From: an uncultured Sutterella sp.
GTDB lineage: Bacteria > Pseudomonadota > Gammaproteobacteria > Burkholderiales > Burkholderiaceae_F
Assembly (NCBI GenBank): GCA_905197905.1
Contig: CAJKAP010000008.1
Coordinates: 52,460 to 116,459 of the forward strand
Reading direction: 5' to 3'
DNA: 64,000 nucleotides
Shown: positions 53,701 to 64,000 of the stretch, piece by piece
How the letters are laid out: the number at the start of each line of letters is the position of its first letter
Position numbering within the stretch: position 1 is the first letter of the stretch
The notes under the pieces: generated by a model
Told to the model about the DNA's origin: nothing
What the model saw: only the letters and a program-made list of their open reading frames with translations
Databases searched by the model: none
Position numbers and translations under genes: made by a program

Positions 53701-55103
53701 GCCATTTGGTCACCGTCAAAGTCGGCGTTAAAAGCCGCACAGACGAGCGGATGCAACTGAAGGGCCTTTCCTTCAATCAACTTCGGTTCGAAAGCCTGAA
53801 TACCCAAGCGGTGCAGAGTAGGAGCACGGTTCAACATCACTGGATGTTCGTAAATGACTTCTTCGAGGATGTCCCAAACGACTGGATCCTGGTTGTCAAC
53901 CATCTTCTTAGCGGCCTTAGGCGTATTTGCCAAGCCACGGAGTACGAGCTTATTGAAGATAAAAGGCTTAAAGAGTTCCAAAGCCATCAACTTCGGCAAA
54001 CCGCACTGGTGCATGCGCAATTCTGGACCAACTGTAATCACAGAACGACCAGAGTAGTCCACACGCTTACCTAGCAAGTTCTGACGGAAGCGACCGCTCT
54101 TACCTTTTATCATGTCTGCCAAGGATTTCAACGGACGTTTGCTAGCGCCAGTCATAGCCTTACCACGGCGACCGTTATCAAGCAAGGAGTCTACGGCTTC
54201 CTGCAACATACGTTTTTCGTTGCGAATGATGATGTCCGGAGCCTTGATTTCCAACAAGCGCTTCAAGCGATTGTTACGGTTGATCACGCGACGATAAAGA
54301 TCGTTCAAATCAGAGGTTGCAAAACGACCACCGTCCAATGCCACCAATGGACGCAAATCTGGTGGCAAAACGGGCAAGACCGTCATGATCATCCATTCGG
54401 GCTTAATCCCAGAACGCTGGAATCCTTCCAATACCTTGAGACGTTTGGCGTACTTCTTGATTTTGGCTTCGGAATTCGTGCCATGAAGCTCTTTGCGCAA
54501 ACGTTCCACTTCACTGTCGATGTCGATCGTGCTTAAAAGAGCAGCAATAGCTTCTGCGCCCATCTTTGCTTCGAATTCGTCACCATACTCAGCTGTCTTC
54601 GCTACGAAGTCTTCTTCGGTGAGCAACTGACCGCGTTCAAGAGTCGTAAGACCAGGGTCAACCACAATATAGGCTTCGAAGTAAAGCACGCGTTCGATAT
54701 CACGCAAAGGGATATCCAACACCATGCCCATACGGCTCGGCAAACTCTTCAAGAACCAGATGTGCGCAACCGGGCTAGCCAAATCAATGTGACCCATGCG
54801 TTCACGGCGCACTTTGGACTGGGTGACTTCAACGCCACACTTTTCACAAATCACACCACGGTTCTTCAAACGCTTGTACTTACCGCACAAGCATTCGTAA
54901 TCCTTCACTGGACCAAAGATCTTGGCACAGAAAAGACCATCACGTTCTGGCTTTTGTGTACGGTAGTTAATCGTTTCAGGTTTCTTGACTTCCCCGAAAG
55001 ACCAAGAATGAATCTTTTCTGGGCTAGCCAAGCCGATGCGAATAGCATCGAAATGGTCTTCCGACTGAACCTGATTGAAAATATCGTTAAGCGGCATTCT
55101 CAT
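50793..55103 (-). CDS. rpoC: DNA-directed RNA polymerase subunit beta'
   Basis: The 1436-aa product has a Zn finger ([23 protein letters not shown]) and the catalytic NADFDGD motif. Confidence 0.98.
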   Translation of the reverse strand: MRMPLNDIFNQVQSEDHFDAIRIGLASPEKIHSWSFGEVKKPETINYRTQKPERDGLFCAKIFGPVKDYECLCGKYKRLKNRGVICEKCGVEVTQSKVRRERMGHIDLASPVAHIWFLKSLPSRMGMVLDIPLRDIERVLYFEAYIVVDPGLTTLERGQLLTEEDFVAKTAEYGDEFEAKMGAEAIAALLSTIDIDSEVERLRKELHGTNSEAKIKKYAKRLKVLEGFQRSGIKPEWMIMTVLPVLPPDLRPLVALDGGRFATSDLNDLYRRVINRNNRLKRLLEIKAPDIIIRNEKRMLQEAVDSLLDNGRRGKAMTGASKRPLKSLADMIKGKSGRFRQNLLGKRVDYSGRSVITVGPELRMHQCGLPKLMALELFKPFIFNKLVLRGLANTPKAAKKMVDNQDPVVWDILEEVIYEHPVMLNRAPTLHRLGIQAFEPKLIEGKALQLHPLVCAAFNADFDGDQMAVHVPLSLEAQLEARSLMLASNNVLFPANGDPSIVPSQDMVLGLYYATREKINGKGEGMFFADIAEVQRAWDNKVVELQTRCTVRIKEYEIDKKTGEKTPKIVRYETTVGRALLSEILPEGMSFAELNVTMKKKEIARLINRCFRKCGLRATVLFADNLKNNGYRLSTRAGISICVGDMTVPAQKEQLVRAAEQEVKEIEAQYTSGLVTQGERYNKVVDIWGRTADQVGKVMMQELSTEPTIDRHGKKVRQESFNSVYMMADSGARGSAAQIRQLAGMRGLMAKPDGSIIETPITANFREGLNVLQYFISTHGARKGLADTALKTANSGYLTRRLVDVTQDLVVTDTDCGTEHGVEMRALVEGGEVIQALRDRVLGRVTAVDVEHPDTHELVIPAGTLIDEDYCDLIDEIGIDMIKVRTPLTCETRYGLCAKCYGRDLGRGTLVNSGESVGVIAAQSIGEPGTQLTMRTFHIGGAASRAAVASSVEAKSAGMVGYSSAMRYVKSAKGDLVVISRSGEIIITDNGRERERHKVPYGATLLVRPDQEIKAGQMLANWDPMTRPIITEYAGTIKFENIVDNVTVMNQVDEVTGLSSLVVIDPKRSTKIGKGKGSSTNVMRPMVHLLDADGNEVKIPGTDHAVTIQLPVGALIVVRDGQEIGMGEVLARIPTESQKTRDITGGLPRVAELFEARSPKDAGMLAEVTGTVTFGKETKGKQRLIITSSDGVAHETLVSKDKTVLVHDGQVVQKGEEIVDGPVDPHDILRLLGIEELARYIVDEVQDVYRLQGVKINDKHIEVIVRQMLRRVSITDPGDTHFIQGEQVERSEMLDENDRVVALGQRPASYDNVLLGITKASLSTDSFISAASFQETTRVLTEAAIMGKRDELRGLKENVIVGRLIPAGTGLAYHQAHKAREMEKRLEEEQAARLEAQAADPFYNDEASSADPFAALSQPLTTSLDTLEPDSDKKRS

Positions 55104-55116
55104 CGCTTAATTCCTC

Positions 55117-58100
55117 TTAGTTCTTAACGAGGTCGATGTCGATACCCAACGACCGGATTTCTTTGACCAACACATTGAAGGACTCGGGCATGCCGGCTTC
55201 AATCTTGTGTTCACCCTTAACAATGTTTTCGTAGACCTTCGTACGACCATTCACGTCGTCAGACTTCACAGTCAACATTTCCTGAAGGACATACGAAGCA
55301 CCGTAAGCTTCAAGAGCCCAAACTTCCATTTCACCGAAACGCTGGCCACCGAACTGGGCCTTACCACCCAACGGTTGCTGCGTCACTAAAGAGTATGGAC
55401 CCGTGGAACGAGCATGCATCTTGTCATCGACTAAATGGTGCAACTTCAAGTAGTGCATGTACCCTACAGTGACAGGGCGTTCAAAGGCTTCACCAGTACG
55501 ACCATCGTACAAACGAGCCTGCGTCTTAGCCGGCGTCAATTCAAGTCGCTTGGCTTCTTCGTCCGGGAAGGCCAAATCAAGCATCATGCGAATCTGGTCT
55601 TCGGAAGCTCCGTCAAACACTGGAGTAGCGAACGGTACACCGTTTTGAAGATTGCGAGCCATTGCCATCAATTCTTCATCAGTGAGGCTGTCCAAGTCTT
55701 CCTTCTTGCCTGTACGGTTATAAACTTCGTTCAAGAAGGCGCGAATCTGGCGAGCTTTTTCTACCTTGAGCATTTCGGCAATACGCCAACCAATCCCTTT
55801 AGCTGCCCAACCCAAGTGTACTTCCAGCACCTGACCGATGTTCATACGAGACGGCACACCTAATGGGTTCAACACGATGTCAGCGGGACGACCATCAGCC
55901 ATGTATGGCATATCTTCGATCGGGCAAATCTTGGAGACCACACCCTTGTTACCGTGACGCCCAGCCATCTTGTCACCTGGCTGCAAACGGCGGCGTTCAG
56001 CAATATAAACCTTCACCATCTTCAAGACACCCGGGGGCAATTCATCGCCTCGGGTCATCTTTTCAACCTTGGTTGTGTACTTGTGACGGTTGTCTTCGCG
56101 AGTTTCATTAATTGCCTTCTTGGTCAATGTAATGAAGTCCTGAGCCTTTTCGTCTTCCATACGGAGATCAAAGAGGCTATAACCCTGTAAGCCATCCAGT
56201 ACTTCAGCCGTCAACGTCGTGCCTGCCTTGATGCCTTCAGGACCACCCAAGACTTTGTAGCCAATCAACTGGCGACGTAAACGGTCAAAGGAGTCGCGTT
56301 CCACAATACGCAATTGGTCATCCAAGTCGCGCTTGTAGCGAGCAAGAGCCGTATCAATAATGCTCTGAGCACGCTTGTCACGGGTCACGCCATCACGTGT
56401 AAAGATCTGAACGTCAATAACGGTGCCCGTCATACCAGAGGGAACACGCAAAGACGTATCCTTCACGTCGCTAGCCTTTTCACCGAAGATCACTCGCAAT
56501 AGTTTTTCTTCAGGCGTTAATTGGGTTTCACCCTTCGGCGTCACCTTACCGACGAGCACATCGCCAGCCTTCACTTCAGCGCCAATCTGAACAATGCCAG
56601 ATTCGTCCAAACGGCTCAACTGGTTTTCGCTCAAGTTGGAAATATCGCGCGTAATTTCTTCAGCACCCAACTTGGTATCGCGAGCAACCACAGAGAGTTC
56701 TTCAATGTGGATAGAAGTGTAACGGTCGTCGGCAACAACGCGTTCGCTGATCAACACCGAGTCTTCATAGTTATAACCATTCCACGGCATGAAGGCGATC
56801 AACATGTTCTGACCGAGAGCCAACTCACCGATATCAGTGGAAGCGCCGTCAGCAAGCACATCACCCTTAGCAACGTGGTCACCCTTCACGACAACAGGGC
56901 GCTGGTTAATGTTCGTCGATTGATTGGAGCGCGTGAACTTCTGAAGCGTGTAAATGTCAACACCAGTTTCGCCAGCAATGCTTTCTTCGTCGTTCACACG
57001 AACCACGACACGGTTGGCGTCAACATAGTCAACAACACCGCCACGACGAGCCTGAACGGTCGTCTTCGAGTCCACTGCCACCGTACGTTCAACGCCTGTA
57101 CCCACAACCGGTTTTTCTGGACGCAAGCAAGGCACGCCCTGACGCTGCATGTTAGAACCCATCAAAGCACGGTTCGCGTCATCGTGTTCCAAGAACGGAA
57201 TCAAAGCAGCAGCGCAAGAAACGATCTGAGCTGGCGCCACGTCCATGTACTGGATGCGATCGGGACTAGCCAAAACGGTTTCCCCATTGTCACGAGCAGA
57301 GACCAATTCCTGAGTCAAACGACCGTTTTCATCCATTTCAGCGTTAGCCTGAGCGATGAGGTAACGTCCTTCTTCAATAGCGGACAAATACACAATTTCT
57401 TGCGTAGCGACGCCATCGATCACCTTACGATATGGGGTTTCCAAGAAACCGTATTCGTTAAGGCGAGCATAAAGAGCCAGAGAGTTGATCAAACCAATGT
57501 TCGGCCCTTCTGGCGTTTCAATCGGGCACACACGACCATAGTGAGTCGGATGCACGTCACGCACTTCAAAGCCCGCGCGTTCACGAGTCAAACCACCTGG
57601 ACCCAAAGCGGAAATACGACGCTTGTGCGTAATTTCCGAAAGCGGGTTGGTCTGGTCCATAAACTGGGACAACTGGCTCGAACCGAAAAACTCGCGAATA
57701 GCAGCACTAATCGGCTTGGAATTAATCAAGTCTTGTGGGGTCAAGCCATCGCTTTCAGCCTGGTTCAAGCGCTCTTTGACCGCACGCTCAACGCGCACAA
57801 GGCCGGAGCGGAATTGGTTTTCTGTCAATTCGCCAACACAGCGAACACGACGGTTACCCAAATGGTCAATATCGTCAACACCATTCACCACGCAATCGCG
57901 TGAAACTCCGTTTTCATCGATCAACTCAACATTGTCTTGACCATTACGCAAAGCCACCAACACAGCCATCGTGTCAATAATGTCTTCACGGGTAAGCGTC
58001 ATCGCCCCCGTAGCACCATCACGGCCGAAGCGAGCATTGACCTTCATACGACCAACACGAGACAAATCGTAGGTGTCACTGTCAAAGAAGAGACGATTAA

Positions 58101-59274
58101 AGAGCCCCTCCACTGCTTCTTCCGTTGGCGGTTCGCCTGGGCGCATCATACGATAAATCGCCACACGAGCAGCCAACTGATCTGGCGTGTCATCTAAGCG
58201 CAAAGTCGAAGAAATGTAAGCACCATGATCAAGTTCATTGGTGAACAACGTTTCGATTTGCGTAATGCCAGCTTCACGGAACTTCGTCAAAAGATCTGCC
58301 GTGATTTCATCGTTGGCGTTAGCAATGATTTCGCCAGTTTCCTGATCGAAGACGTTACGAGCCAACACACGACCCAAAACGAAATCGTCAGGAATACTAA
58401 TCTGCTCAACACCGGCCTTCTTCAAGTCACGGATATGCTTGGCGGTGATACGCTTGTCAGCGGGCACAATTTCCTTACCATCTTTATCGCAGATGGGGAA
58501 ACTAGCTGTCTGACCCTTCAGGCGTTCTTCAACAAACGGAAGCAACGCACCAGTCGGAGTAAGCGTAATAGTGTCAAAACTAAAGAAACGGGCGAGAATA
58601 TCTTCCGGCGTCATCCCGATAGCCTTCAGCAGAATCGTGCCAGGCATCTTGCGGCGACGGTCCACACGGAAGTACAGAATATCCTTGGCGTCAAATTCAA
58701 AGTCCAACCACGAACCGCGGTAAGGAATCACACGAGCAGAGAAGAGCAACTTCCCGGAGGAGTGCGTCTTACCTTTGTCGTGCTCAAAGAAGATGCCAGG
58801 AGAACGATGCAACTGACTCACAATCACGCGTTCAGTGCCGTTCACGATGAAAGAACCCTTCTCAGTCATGAGAGGGATTTCACCCATGTAGACATCATTC
58901 TCACGAATTTCTTTGACGGTACCAGGGGTAGCGGCTTCACGATCAAAAATTTCCAACTGGATCTTCGCACGAAGGCGGCTGGAGTAGGTCAAACCACGGA
59001 GCTGGCATTCAGCAACGTCAAATTCCGGCTCTTCAAGTCGGTATTCGAGGAAGGTGAGGCGAGCATAACCATTGTGGCTAACGATCGGGAAGATGGAGGT
59101 AAAGGCCGCTTGTAGACCCACTTCTTTATTACGATTTTTCGCAGGGATATCTGCCTGCAAAAACTCTTCGTAAGAACGAAGTTGAGTTTCAAGCAAGGAA
59201 GGCACTTCAAGGACGCTCGGACGGGAGGCAAAGCTCTTCCGAATACGCTTCTTTTCAGTGAACGAGTACGACAT
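55117..59274 (-). CDS. rpoB: DNA-directed RNA polymerase subunit beta
   Basis: The canonical start [15 protein letters not shown] is at the ATG at 59274. The track ORF adds a 22-aa non-homologous extension. Confidence 0.98.
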   Translation of the reverse strand: MSYSFTEKKRIRKSFASRPSVLEVPSLLETQLRSYEEFLQADIPAKNRNKEVGLQAAFTSIFPIVSHNGYARLTFLEYRLEEPEFDVAECQLRGLTYSSRLRAKIQLEIFDREAATPGTVKEIRENDVYMGEIPLMTEKGSFIVNGTERVIVSQLHRSPGIFFEHDKGKTHSSGKLLFSARVIPYRGSWLDFEFDAKDILYFRVDRRRKMPGTILLKAIGMTPEDILARFFSFDTITLTPTGALLPFVEERLKGQTASFPICDKDGKEIVPADKRITAKHIRDLKKAGVEQISIPDDFVLGRVLARNVFDQETGEIIANANDEITADLLTKFREAGITQIETLFTNELDHGAYISSTLRLDDTPDQLAARVAIYRMMRPGEPPTEEAVEGLFNRLFFDSDTYDLSRVGRMKVNARFGRDGATGAMTLTREDIIDTMAVLVALRNGQDNVELIDENGVSRDCVVNGVDDIDHLGNRRVRCVGELTENQFRSGLVRVERAVKERLNQAESDGLTPQDLINSKPISAAIREFFGSSQLSQFMDQTNPLSEITHKRRISALGPGGLTRERAGFEVRDVHPTHYGRVCPIETPEGPNIGLINSLALYARLNEYGFLETPYRKVIDGVATQEIVYLSAIEEGRYLIAQANAEMDENGRLTQELVSARDNGETVLASPDRIQYMDVAPAQIVSCAAALIPFLEHDDANRALMGSNMQRQGVPCLRPEKPVVGTGVERTVAVDSKTTVQARRGGVVDYVDANRVVVRVNDEESIAGETGVDIYTLQKFTRSNQSTNINQRPVVVKGDHVAKGDVLADGASTDIGELALGQNMLIAFMPWNGYNYEDSVLISERVVADDRYTSIHIEELSVVARDTKLGAEEITRDISNLSENQLSRLDESGIVQIGAEVKAGDVLVGKVTPKGETQLTPEEKLLRVIFGEKASDVKDTSLRVPSGMTGTVIDVQIFTRDGVTRDKRAQSIIDTALARYKRDLDDQLRIVERDSFDRLRRQLIGYKVLGGPEGIKAGTTLTAEVLDGLQGYSLFDLRMEDEKAQDFITLTKKAINETREDNRHKYTTKVEKMTRGDELPPGVLKMVKVYIAERRRLQPGDKMAGRHGNKGVVSKICPIEDMPYMADGRPADIVLNPLGVPSRMNIGQVLEVHLGWAAKGIGWRIAEMLKVEKARQIRAFLNEVYNRTGKKEDLDSLTDEELMAMARNLQNGVPFATPVFDGASEDQIRMMLDLAFPDEEAKRLELTPAKTQARLYDGRTGEAFERPVTVGYMHYLKLHHLVDDKMHARSTGPYSLVTQQPLGGKAQFGGQRFGEMEVWALEAYGASYVLQEMLTVKSDDVNGRTKVYENIVKGEHKIEAGMPESFNVLVKEIRSLGIDIDLVKN

Positions 59275-59546
59275 GGACACTCCGTTCGACGGTAGGAAAA
59301 AACCAATAATGAATCGATATTGACGCCAAAAGCCGCTCAAAGCGGACGAGATGAGGTCGTCAGCCTGCGCGGCAAGTAAAGGAGAATATTAGATTAATCG
59401 ATCCATCAAGAAGAAAGACTCTGAACTATGTTCACTCTCAAGAGTAAACAGGGTTCAAAGTCCCTCTGCCCTAGGGGCTTCGGGACTCTGGAGAGAAGAC
59501 GTCATCTTATATTATGACGCCCCCCTTTGTGCAGTGCAAGTAAAAA

Positions 59547-59927
59547 TTACTTGAGAGCAACCTTAGCGCCAGCTTCTTCAAGTTTCTTAGCAGCAGCTTC
59601 AGCGTCAGCCTTCGGCAAGCCTTCCTTGACAGCCTTAGGAGCACCTTCAACGAGGTCCTTGGCTTCCTTGAGGCCGAGACCGGTCATTTCACGAACGACC
59701 TTAATCACAGCGATCTTGTTGGAACCGGCTTCTTCGAGAACGACGTCAAATTCGCTCTTTTCTTCAGCAGGAGCAGCACCAGCGGCAGCGCCAGGAGCGG
59801 CGACAGCAACAGCAGCGGCAGCAGCGGACACACCGAACTTTTCTTCCATCATCTTGATGAGTTCGGAGATTTCGAGAACAGTCTTGGAAGCAATCGCTTC
59901 GAGGATTTCTTCATTGGTAAGGGCCAT
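59547..59927 (-). CDS. rplL: 50S ribosomal protein L7/L12
   Basis: The product has an Ala-rich hinge and ends in [13 protein letters not shown]. Confidence 0.97.
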   Translation of the reverse strand: MALTNEEILEAIASKTVLEISELIKMMEEKFGVSAAAAAVAVAAPGAAAGAAPAEEKSEFDVVLEEAGSNKIAVIKVVREMTGLGLKEAKDLVEGAPKAVKEGLPKADAEAAAKKLEEAGAKVALK

Positions 59928-59972
59928 TTTATAGCTCCAAATTACGTGTGTTTAAAAGTTAAAAAAGATTGA

Positions 59973-60503
59973 TTAGGCAGCAGCCTTTTCCTTGGCATCG
60001 CGCACGGCAGCCACGGTACGCACAAAGCGAGCCGGGACTTCGTTGACGGTGCGGACGAACTTCGCGATAGGTTCGTTCATCGTAGCCATCAACTTGGCAA
60101 GGAGTTCTTCGCGGCTCGGCATCGAGGCGAGGTTCTTAACGGCTTCCACGTCCATGACGTAGTTAGCCATTGCACCGCCCTTCAAAACGAGCTGTTCATT
60201 GTCCTTGGCGAAATTGACGAGAACCTTGGCGGCAGCGACAGGGTCGGCAGAGAAGCCGTAGATCAACGGACCAACGCATTGGTCAGCTAAACCGGCGAAA
60301 CCCGTACCTTCAATAGCACGACGCACCAACGTGTTCTTGACAACACGCAACGTCACATTGTTTTTGCGAGCATTTGCACGCAACTTTGTGACGGCCTCAA
60401 CGCTCAGCCCACGGTATTCGGCGATGATAATTGCAGAAGAGTTAGCAACGAAGCTACCCACTTCTTCAATAACAGCGGCCTTGTCTTGACGATTAAGACC
60501 CAT
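59973..60503 (-). CDS. rplJ: 50S ribosomal protein L10
   Basis: The product starts [15 protein letters not shown] at the ATG at 60503. Confidence 0.96.
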   Translation of the reverse strand: MGLNRQDKAAVIEEVGSFVANSSAIIIAEYRGLSVEAVTKLRANARKNNVTLRVVKNTLVRRAIEGTGFAGLADQCVGPLIYGFSADPVAAAKVLVNFAKDNEQLVLKGGAMANYVMDVEAVKNLASMPSREELLAKLMATMNEPIAKFVRTVNEVPARFVRTVAAVRDAKEKAAA

Positions 60504-60913
60504 GGTCTGGCTCCACTCAGAGGTGTTCCCCATAAAGAGAAACACCGGTTTCTAAATAACCGGCATACTTCTGAGAGTTTTGGCGGATTTATAACCATCT
60601 AAAAAAGACAGATGATTATGAAAACACAACGCAACTTCTCTCTTCGGTTTACCGTCTACGCTGGACGTCTTAGAAATCTCTACCTTTTAAAAGGACAAAA
60701 CCTCAAGACATTTAAGAGTTTGGTCCATACTCGATGGTACAAATCCAACTCTCCAACGGTCTTTGACAGCGGTGCAACGTGTCTTTTGGACAACAAGTAC
60801 ACCACCCAAAGCCCTCGAGACCTCACGGTCTCTAAAATCTGGGGTATTTTTGTCGAAGCCCTACCAAGGTAAGGCTTTCGACCCCAGGGAGTACCCATCC
60901 CTGTAGAACGGAA
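60504..60913 (-). promoter_or_regulatory. rplA-rplJ spacer: expected L10 promoter plus L10(L12)4 autoregulatory leader
   Basis: The 410-bp non-coding spacer holds several hairpins, for example GTCGAAAGCCTTACC...GGTAGGGCTTCGAC. Its size and position match the L10 leader region known in other proteobacteria. The motif itself was not verified. Confidence 0.4.
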
Positions 60914-61609
60914 TTAGCCGTTCAAGCTACTCAGATCCAAACGGACACCGATACCCATCGTAGAAGACACAGAGATCTTACGGAGGTACTGACCCTTGGC
61001 AGAAGCCGGCTTCAACTTGTTGACCTGATCAACCAAAGCAGCCAAATTCTTCTGGAGACGTTCAGCTTCGAAAGAAGCACGGCCGATCGGAGCATGAATA
61101 ATACCAGCCTTGTCAACACGGAACTGAACCTGACCAGCCTTAGCGTTTTTAACAGCCTCAGCAACGTTCGGGGTAACCGTGCCAACCTTCGGGTTCGGCA
61201 TTAAGCCACGCGGACCAAGAATCTGACCCAACTGACCAACCACGCGCATAGCGTCTGGGGAAGCGATCACAACGTCAAAGTTGATTTCACCAGCCTTAAC
61301 TTGAGCTGCGAGGTCGTCGAAACCGACGATATCAGCGCCAGCAGCACGGGCTTCATCTGCCTTAGCACCCTGGGTAAACACAGCCACACGGACCGTCTTA
61401 CCAGTTCCTTCCGGCATCACGACAGCACCACGAACGGCCTGATCGGATTTACGAGGATCGATACCGAGCTGAATAGCCACGTCGACCGATTCGTCGAACT
61501 TAGCAACAGCAGTTTCCTTGATCAACTGAAAAGCTTCAAGGGCGGGATAAAGCTTGTTGGCTTCAACCTTTTCGGAGATAGCCTTCATGCGCTTAGTAAG
61601 CTTAGCCAT
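60914..61609 (-). CDS. rplA: 50S ribosomal protein L1
   Basis: The 231-aa product starts [11 protein letters not shown]. Confidence 0.97.
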   Translation of the reverse strand: MAKLTKRMKAISEKVEANKLYPALEAFQLIKETAVAKFDESVDVAIQLGIDPRKSDQAVRGAVVMPEGTGKTVRVAVFTQGAKADEARAAGADIVGFDDLAAQVKAGEINFDVVIASPDAMRVVGQLGQILGPRGLMPNPKVGTVTPNVAEAVKNAKAGQVQFRVDKAGIIHAPIGRASFEAERLQKNLAALVDQVNKLKPASAKGQYLRKISVSSTMGIGVRLDLSSLNG

Positions 61610-62040
61610 TACAGACCCTCCACAATAATGCCCATGGAGCGAGCAGAACCAGCGATAGTACGAACAGCGGCGTCCAAATCGGCAGCCGTCAAATCGGGTT
61701 CCTTCATCTTGGCGATTTCTTCGGCCTGAGCACGAGTAATCTTACCTACCTTATCGGTATGAGGACGGGCAGAACCCTTCTGCAACTTAGCAGCCTTCTT
61801 GATCAAAACGGTGGCCGGAGGAGTCTTCATCACAAAGGTGAAGCTCTTATCGGCGTAAGCAGTGATCACAACCGGAATTGGGAGACCTGCTTCCATGCCT
61901 TGAGTCTTAGCATTGAAAGCCTTGCAGAATTCCATAATATTCAGACCGCGCTGACCGAGAGCCGGACCGATAGGTGGCGATGGGTTAGCTTTACCAGCAG
62001 GAACCTGCAATTTGATAAAGCCAATGATTTTCTTAGCCAT
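61609..62040 (-). CDS. rplK: 50S ribosomal protein L11
   Basis: The product starts [29 protein letters not shown] at the ATG at 62040, with an AAGGA upstream. Confidence 0.97.
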   Translation of the reverse strand: MAKKIIGFIKLQVPAGKANPSPPIGPALGQRGLNIMEFCKAFNAKTQGMEAGLPIPVVITAYADKSFTFVMKTPPATVLIKKAAKLQKGSARPHTDKVGKITRAQAEEIAKMKEPDLTAADLDAAVRTIAGSARSMGIIVEGL

Positions 62041-62117
62041 TTCAAATATTCCTTCTTGGGTGCAAATGCAAGACAAAAGAGTGCCTTGCTCCCCAGTAAG
62101 TTAAGTGGAAAGTCGAG

Positions 62118-62146
62118 CAATATAACACGCTTTTTTAGAGCATGCA
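62118..62146 (-). promoter_or_regulatory. Sigma70-type promoter for rplKA (TTGCAT-17 bp-TATATT)
   Basis: On the minus strand the -35 hexamer is at 62141-62146 and the -10 hexamer at 62118-62123, with an exact 17-bp spacer. It lies in the nusG-rplK gap. Confidence 0.55.
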
Positions 62147-62155
62147 ACTCGTTTT

Positions 62156-62692
62156 TTAGATTTTTTCGACTTCGTTAAAGTCGAGATTGACAGAGGTCTC
62201 ACGACTGAAGATAGAGACTAGGACCTGCAAGCGGCTCTTGTCATACTGAACTTCTTCGATACGTCCATTGAAATCTTTGAACGGACCTGATTTGATTCGG
62301 ATTTCTTCACCTACCTCAAATTCAACCTTGGGTTTCGGTTTTTCAGCACCCGTTTCAACGATTTGTCGGATAGCAGCAACTTCCGAATCAGACAAAACGA
62401 CTGGGTTGTTGTTCCCCAAGAATTCAATCACGCGAGGCGTGGAGTTCACGAGATGCCATGTGGCGTCATTCATTTCCATTTCAATGAATACATAGCCAGG
62501 GTAAAGACGACGTTCCGTCGTCATTTTACGACCGTTGCGGATTTCACGCACTTTTTCGATAGGAAGTAATACTTCGCCAAAGCTATCACGTAATTCACTA
62601 CGAGCGATGCGTTCTTCTAAGGCTTTCTTGACACTTTTTTCCATCGAGGAGTACACGTGCACTGTGTACCACTTCTTCGCACTTTCCGTCAT
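62156..62692 (-). CDS. nusG: Transcription termination/antitermination factor NusG
   Basis: The product contains KWYTVHVYSSMEKSV, a KOW motif and FPGYVFIEM-like YPGYVFIEM. Confidence 0.97.
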   Translation of the reverse strand: MTESAKKWYTVHVYSSMEKSVKKALEERIARSELRDSFGEVLLPIEKVREIRNGRKMTTERRLYPGYVFIEMEMNDATWHLVNSTPRVIEFLGNNNPVVLSDSEVAAIRQIVETGAEKPKPKVEFEVGEEIRIKSGPFKDFNGRIEEVQYDKSRLQVLVSIFSRETSVNLDFNEVEKI

Positions 62693-62710
62693 AACAATCC
62701 TTCCTCAATA

Positions 62711-63091
62711 TCAAGCCAGACGTAACAATACGTCATAGAGTCCCCATTCAATGATCTTGTCACAAATGAACAGGAATAACGCGATGATAAAGACGAAAGC
62801 CATGACAAGGCCAGTCGTATTCAAAGTTTCTTTCTTTGTTGGCCATACCACACGACGGAGTTCGTCCCAAGACTGGCGACCATAAGAAAGAAGGCGCTTA
62901 CCAGAAGGGCTCAACCATGCCAAGCCAATGCCAAGCAGCAAGCCACCGAACAAAACACCAAGGCGCACACCTAGGGCTTCTTCGGACAAAAGCGCAAAAG
63001 CAATCACGCCGGCCAACGCAGCCAAAATAGCAAGCGTAACCAAGGCAATGTCTGACTTGCTCGTTACTGTTTCAACATTTTGGTTATTCAT
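62711..63091 (-). CDS. secE: Preprotein translocase subunit SecE
   Basis: The product contains ELRRVVWPTKKETL, has three TM segments and lies upstream of nusG. An alternative GTG start exists at 63127. Confidence 0.85.
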   Translation of the reverse strand: MNNQNVETVTSKSDIALVTLAILAALAGVIAFALLSEEALGVRLGVLFGGLLLGIGLAWLSPSGKRLLSYGRQSWDELRRVVWPTKKETLNTTGLVMAFVFIIALFLFICDKIIEWGLYDVLLRLA

Positions 63092-63220
63092 AACTAATCC
63101 AGATTGAAGCGGCTTCGCTGTGAGCACGCTCTACAACCAAACAAAAGACTGATTATTGTAGCCATATAGATCACTCTTGAGTGAAAAAAGGCTCAACTTT
63201 CTCATCCGATGTTCTAAAAG

Positions 63221-63263
63221 CATATCAAAAAGCCAAGTTGCAAACGCATCGCAACTTGGCTTT
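63221..63263 (-). terminator. Rho-independent terminator after tRNA-Trp
   Basis: A 12-bp stem AAGCCAAGTTGC / GCAACTTGGCTT is followed by TTTGATATGCTTTT on the transcribed strand. Confidence 0.6.
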
Positions 63264-63271
63264 AGAAATTT

Positions 63272-63347
63272 TGGCAGGGGCAGAAGGAATCGAACCCTCA
63301 ACCTACGGTTTTGGAGACCGTCGCTCTGCCAATTGAGCTATACCCCT
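63272..63347 (-). tRNA. tRNA-Trp (anticodon CCA)
   Basis: The 76-nt cloverleaf was folded by hand. The acceptor stem is AGGGGTA/TGCCCCT, the anticodon stem-loop is ACGGT-CTCCAAA-ACCGT and the CCA end is encoded. It holds the classic position between tuf and secE. Confidence 0.92.
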
Positions 63348-63391
63348 GTTAGGTCTGGCGAATTATATACGATCACCAGACTTTTCGCAAA

Positions 63392-64000
63392 ATTATTCGA
63401 TGATGGAAGCAACGACGCCAGCACCGACGGTGTGACCACCTTCACGGATAGCGAAGCGAAGACCCTGTTCCATAGCGATCGGGCAAATCAACTTCACCGT
63501 CATCTGAATGTTGTCGCCAGGCATAACCATGTCGACACCTTCCGGCAATTCGATCGTGCCAGTCACGTCCGTCGTACGGAAGTAGAACTGCGGACGATAG
63601 CCCTTGAAGAACGGGGTATGACGACCACCTTCTTCCTTCGTCAAAACGTAAACTTCGCCCTTGAAGTGGGTGTGCGGGGTGATCGTGCCTGGCTTAGCGA
63701 GAACCTGACCACGTTCCACATCTTCACGCTTCGTGCCGCGCAAGAGAATACCGACGTTATCGCCAGCTTCACCCTGATCGAGCAACTTACGGAACATTTC
63801 CACGCCAGTGCAAGTCGTCTTCGTCGTCGGCTTGATACCAACGATTTCGATTTCTTCACCAACCTTGATCACGCCACGTTCGACACGACCCGTCACCACG
63901 GTACCACGACCAGAAATGGAGAACACGTCTTCAATCGGCATCAAGAACGGCTGGTCAACAGCACGTTCCGGAGTCGGGATGTAGGAGTCGAGCGTTTCAG
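63392..64000. repeat. Duplicated tuf segment, at least 609 bp, matching 45794-46402
   Basis: The lines I compared by eye match, and the sense and antisense ORF translations in the track match exactly. Identity starts one base before the stop codon. Confidence 0.9.
63393..64000 (-). CDS. tuf: Elongation factor Tu (copy 2, 5' part beyond window edge)
   Basis: As far as I compared, it matches the 3' 608 nt of copy 1. The frame stays open to the window end, and the track's internal Met at 63944 is not the real start. Confidence 0.95.
   Translation of the reverse strand, partial: ETLDSYIPTPERAVDQPFLMPIEDVFSISGRGTVVTGRVERGVIKVGEEIEIVGIKPTTKTTCTGVEMFRKLLDQGEAGDNVGILLRGTKREDVERGQVLAKPGTITPHTHFKGEVYVLTKEEGGRHTPFFKGYRPQFYFRTTDVTGTIELPEGVDMVMPGDNIQMTVKLICPIAMEQGLRFAIREGGHTVGAGVVASIIE

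Noticed and set aside
52767-58197. Plus-strand ORFs of 300-460 aa (52767-53681, 56521-57903, 58225-59115 and others) inside rpoC and rpoB
   Set aside because: They are antisense shadow ORFs of rpoB and rpoC, with no Shine-Dalgarno and implausible composition.
59275-59340. 22-codon N-terminal extension of rpoB in the track ORF
   Set aside because: The canonical RpoB N-terminus [15 protein letters not shown] starts at the ATG at 59274. The extension is hydrophobic and not homologous.
60612-60898. Two overlapping small ORFs (86 aa on the plus strand, 72 aa on the minus strand) in the rplA-rplJ spacer
   Set aside because: The region corresponds to the expected long L10 leader and promoter, and the ORFs have no ribosome-binding sites.

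Overview
This window looks like a betaproteobacterial (Burkholderiales-like) chromosome segment of roughly 50% GC. That assignment is an inference from gene content and order, not from any search. Bases 1-4884 are the right-hand end of an integrative island or prophage remnant. It carries an SNF2-type helicase C-terminus, an unknown 196-aa ORF, an AlpA/excisionase-type HTH protein, a DUF4116-like ORF broken by an in-frame TAG, a Bro-N antirepressor and a tyrosine integrase. The integrase abuts the 3' end of tRNA-Thr(UGU), and the island runs off the left edge of the window. Everything to the right is densely packed core genome, mostly on the minus strand:
- sspAB, a Nif3-family gene and a DegS-like protease
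- tatABC, a HIT-family gene and hisEIFAHBDG (no hisC)
- murA and mlaBCADEF, a thioesterase and mrcA
- cyaY, an unlisted LptM-like micro-lipoprotein, lysA, guaC, engB, hemB and hslR
- the complete ribosomal/transcription super-cluster, listed in ascending coordinate: alpha, spc and S10 operons, tuf, fusA, rpsG, rpsL, rpoC, rpoB, rplL, rplJ, rplA, rplK, nusG, secE, tRNA-Trp and a second tuf copy cut by the window edge

I found no CRISPR array, IS element or recognisable defence system. The items worth a second look are the island's unknown or broken ORFs and its repeat-rich regulatory spacers. Also notable are several unusually long, hairpin-rich spacers inside the normally compact ribosomal operons: rpsQ-rplN 317 bp, rpsD-rpoA 408 bp, rpoC-rpsL 594 bp, and secY-rpmJ 260 bp with no infA. 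All calls come from reading the sequence and the ORF track. No database search was run.
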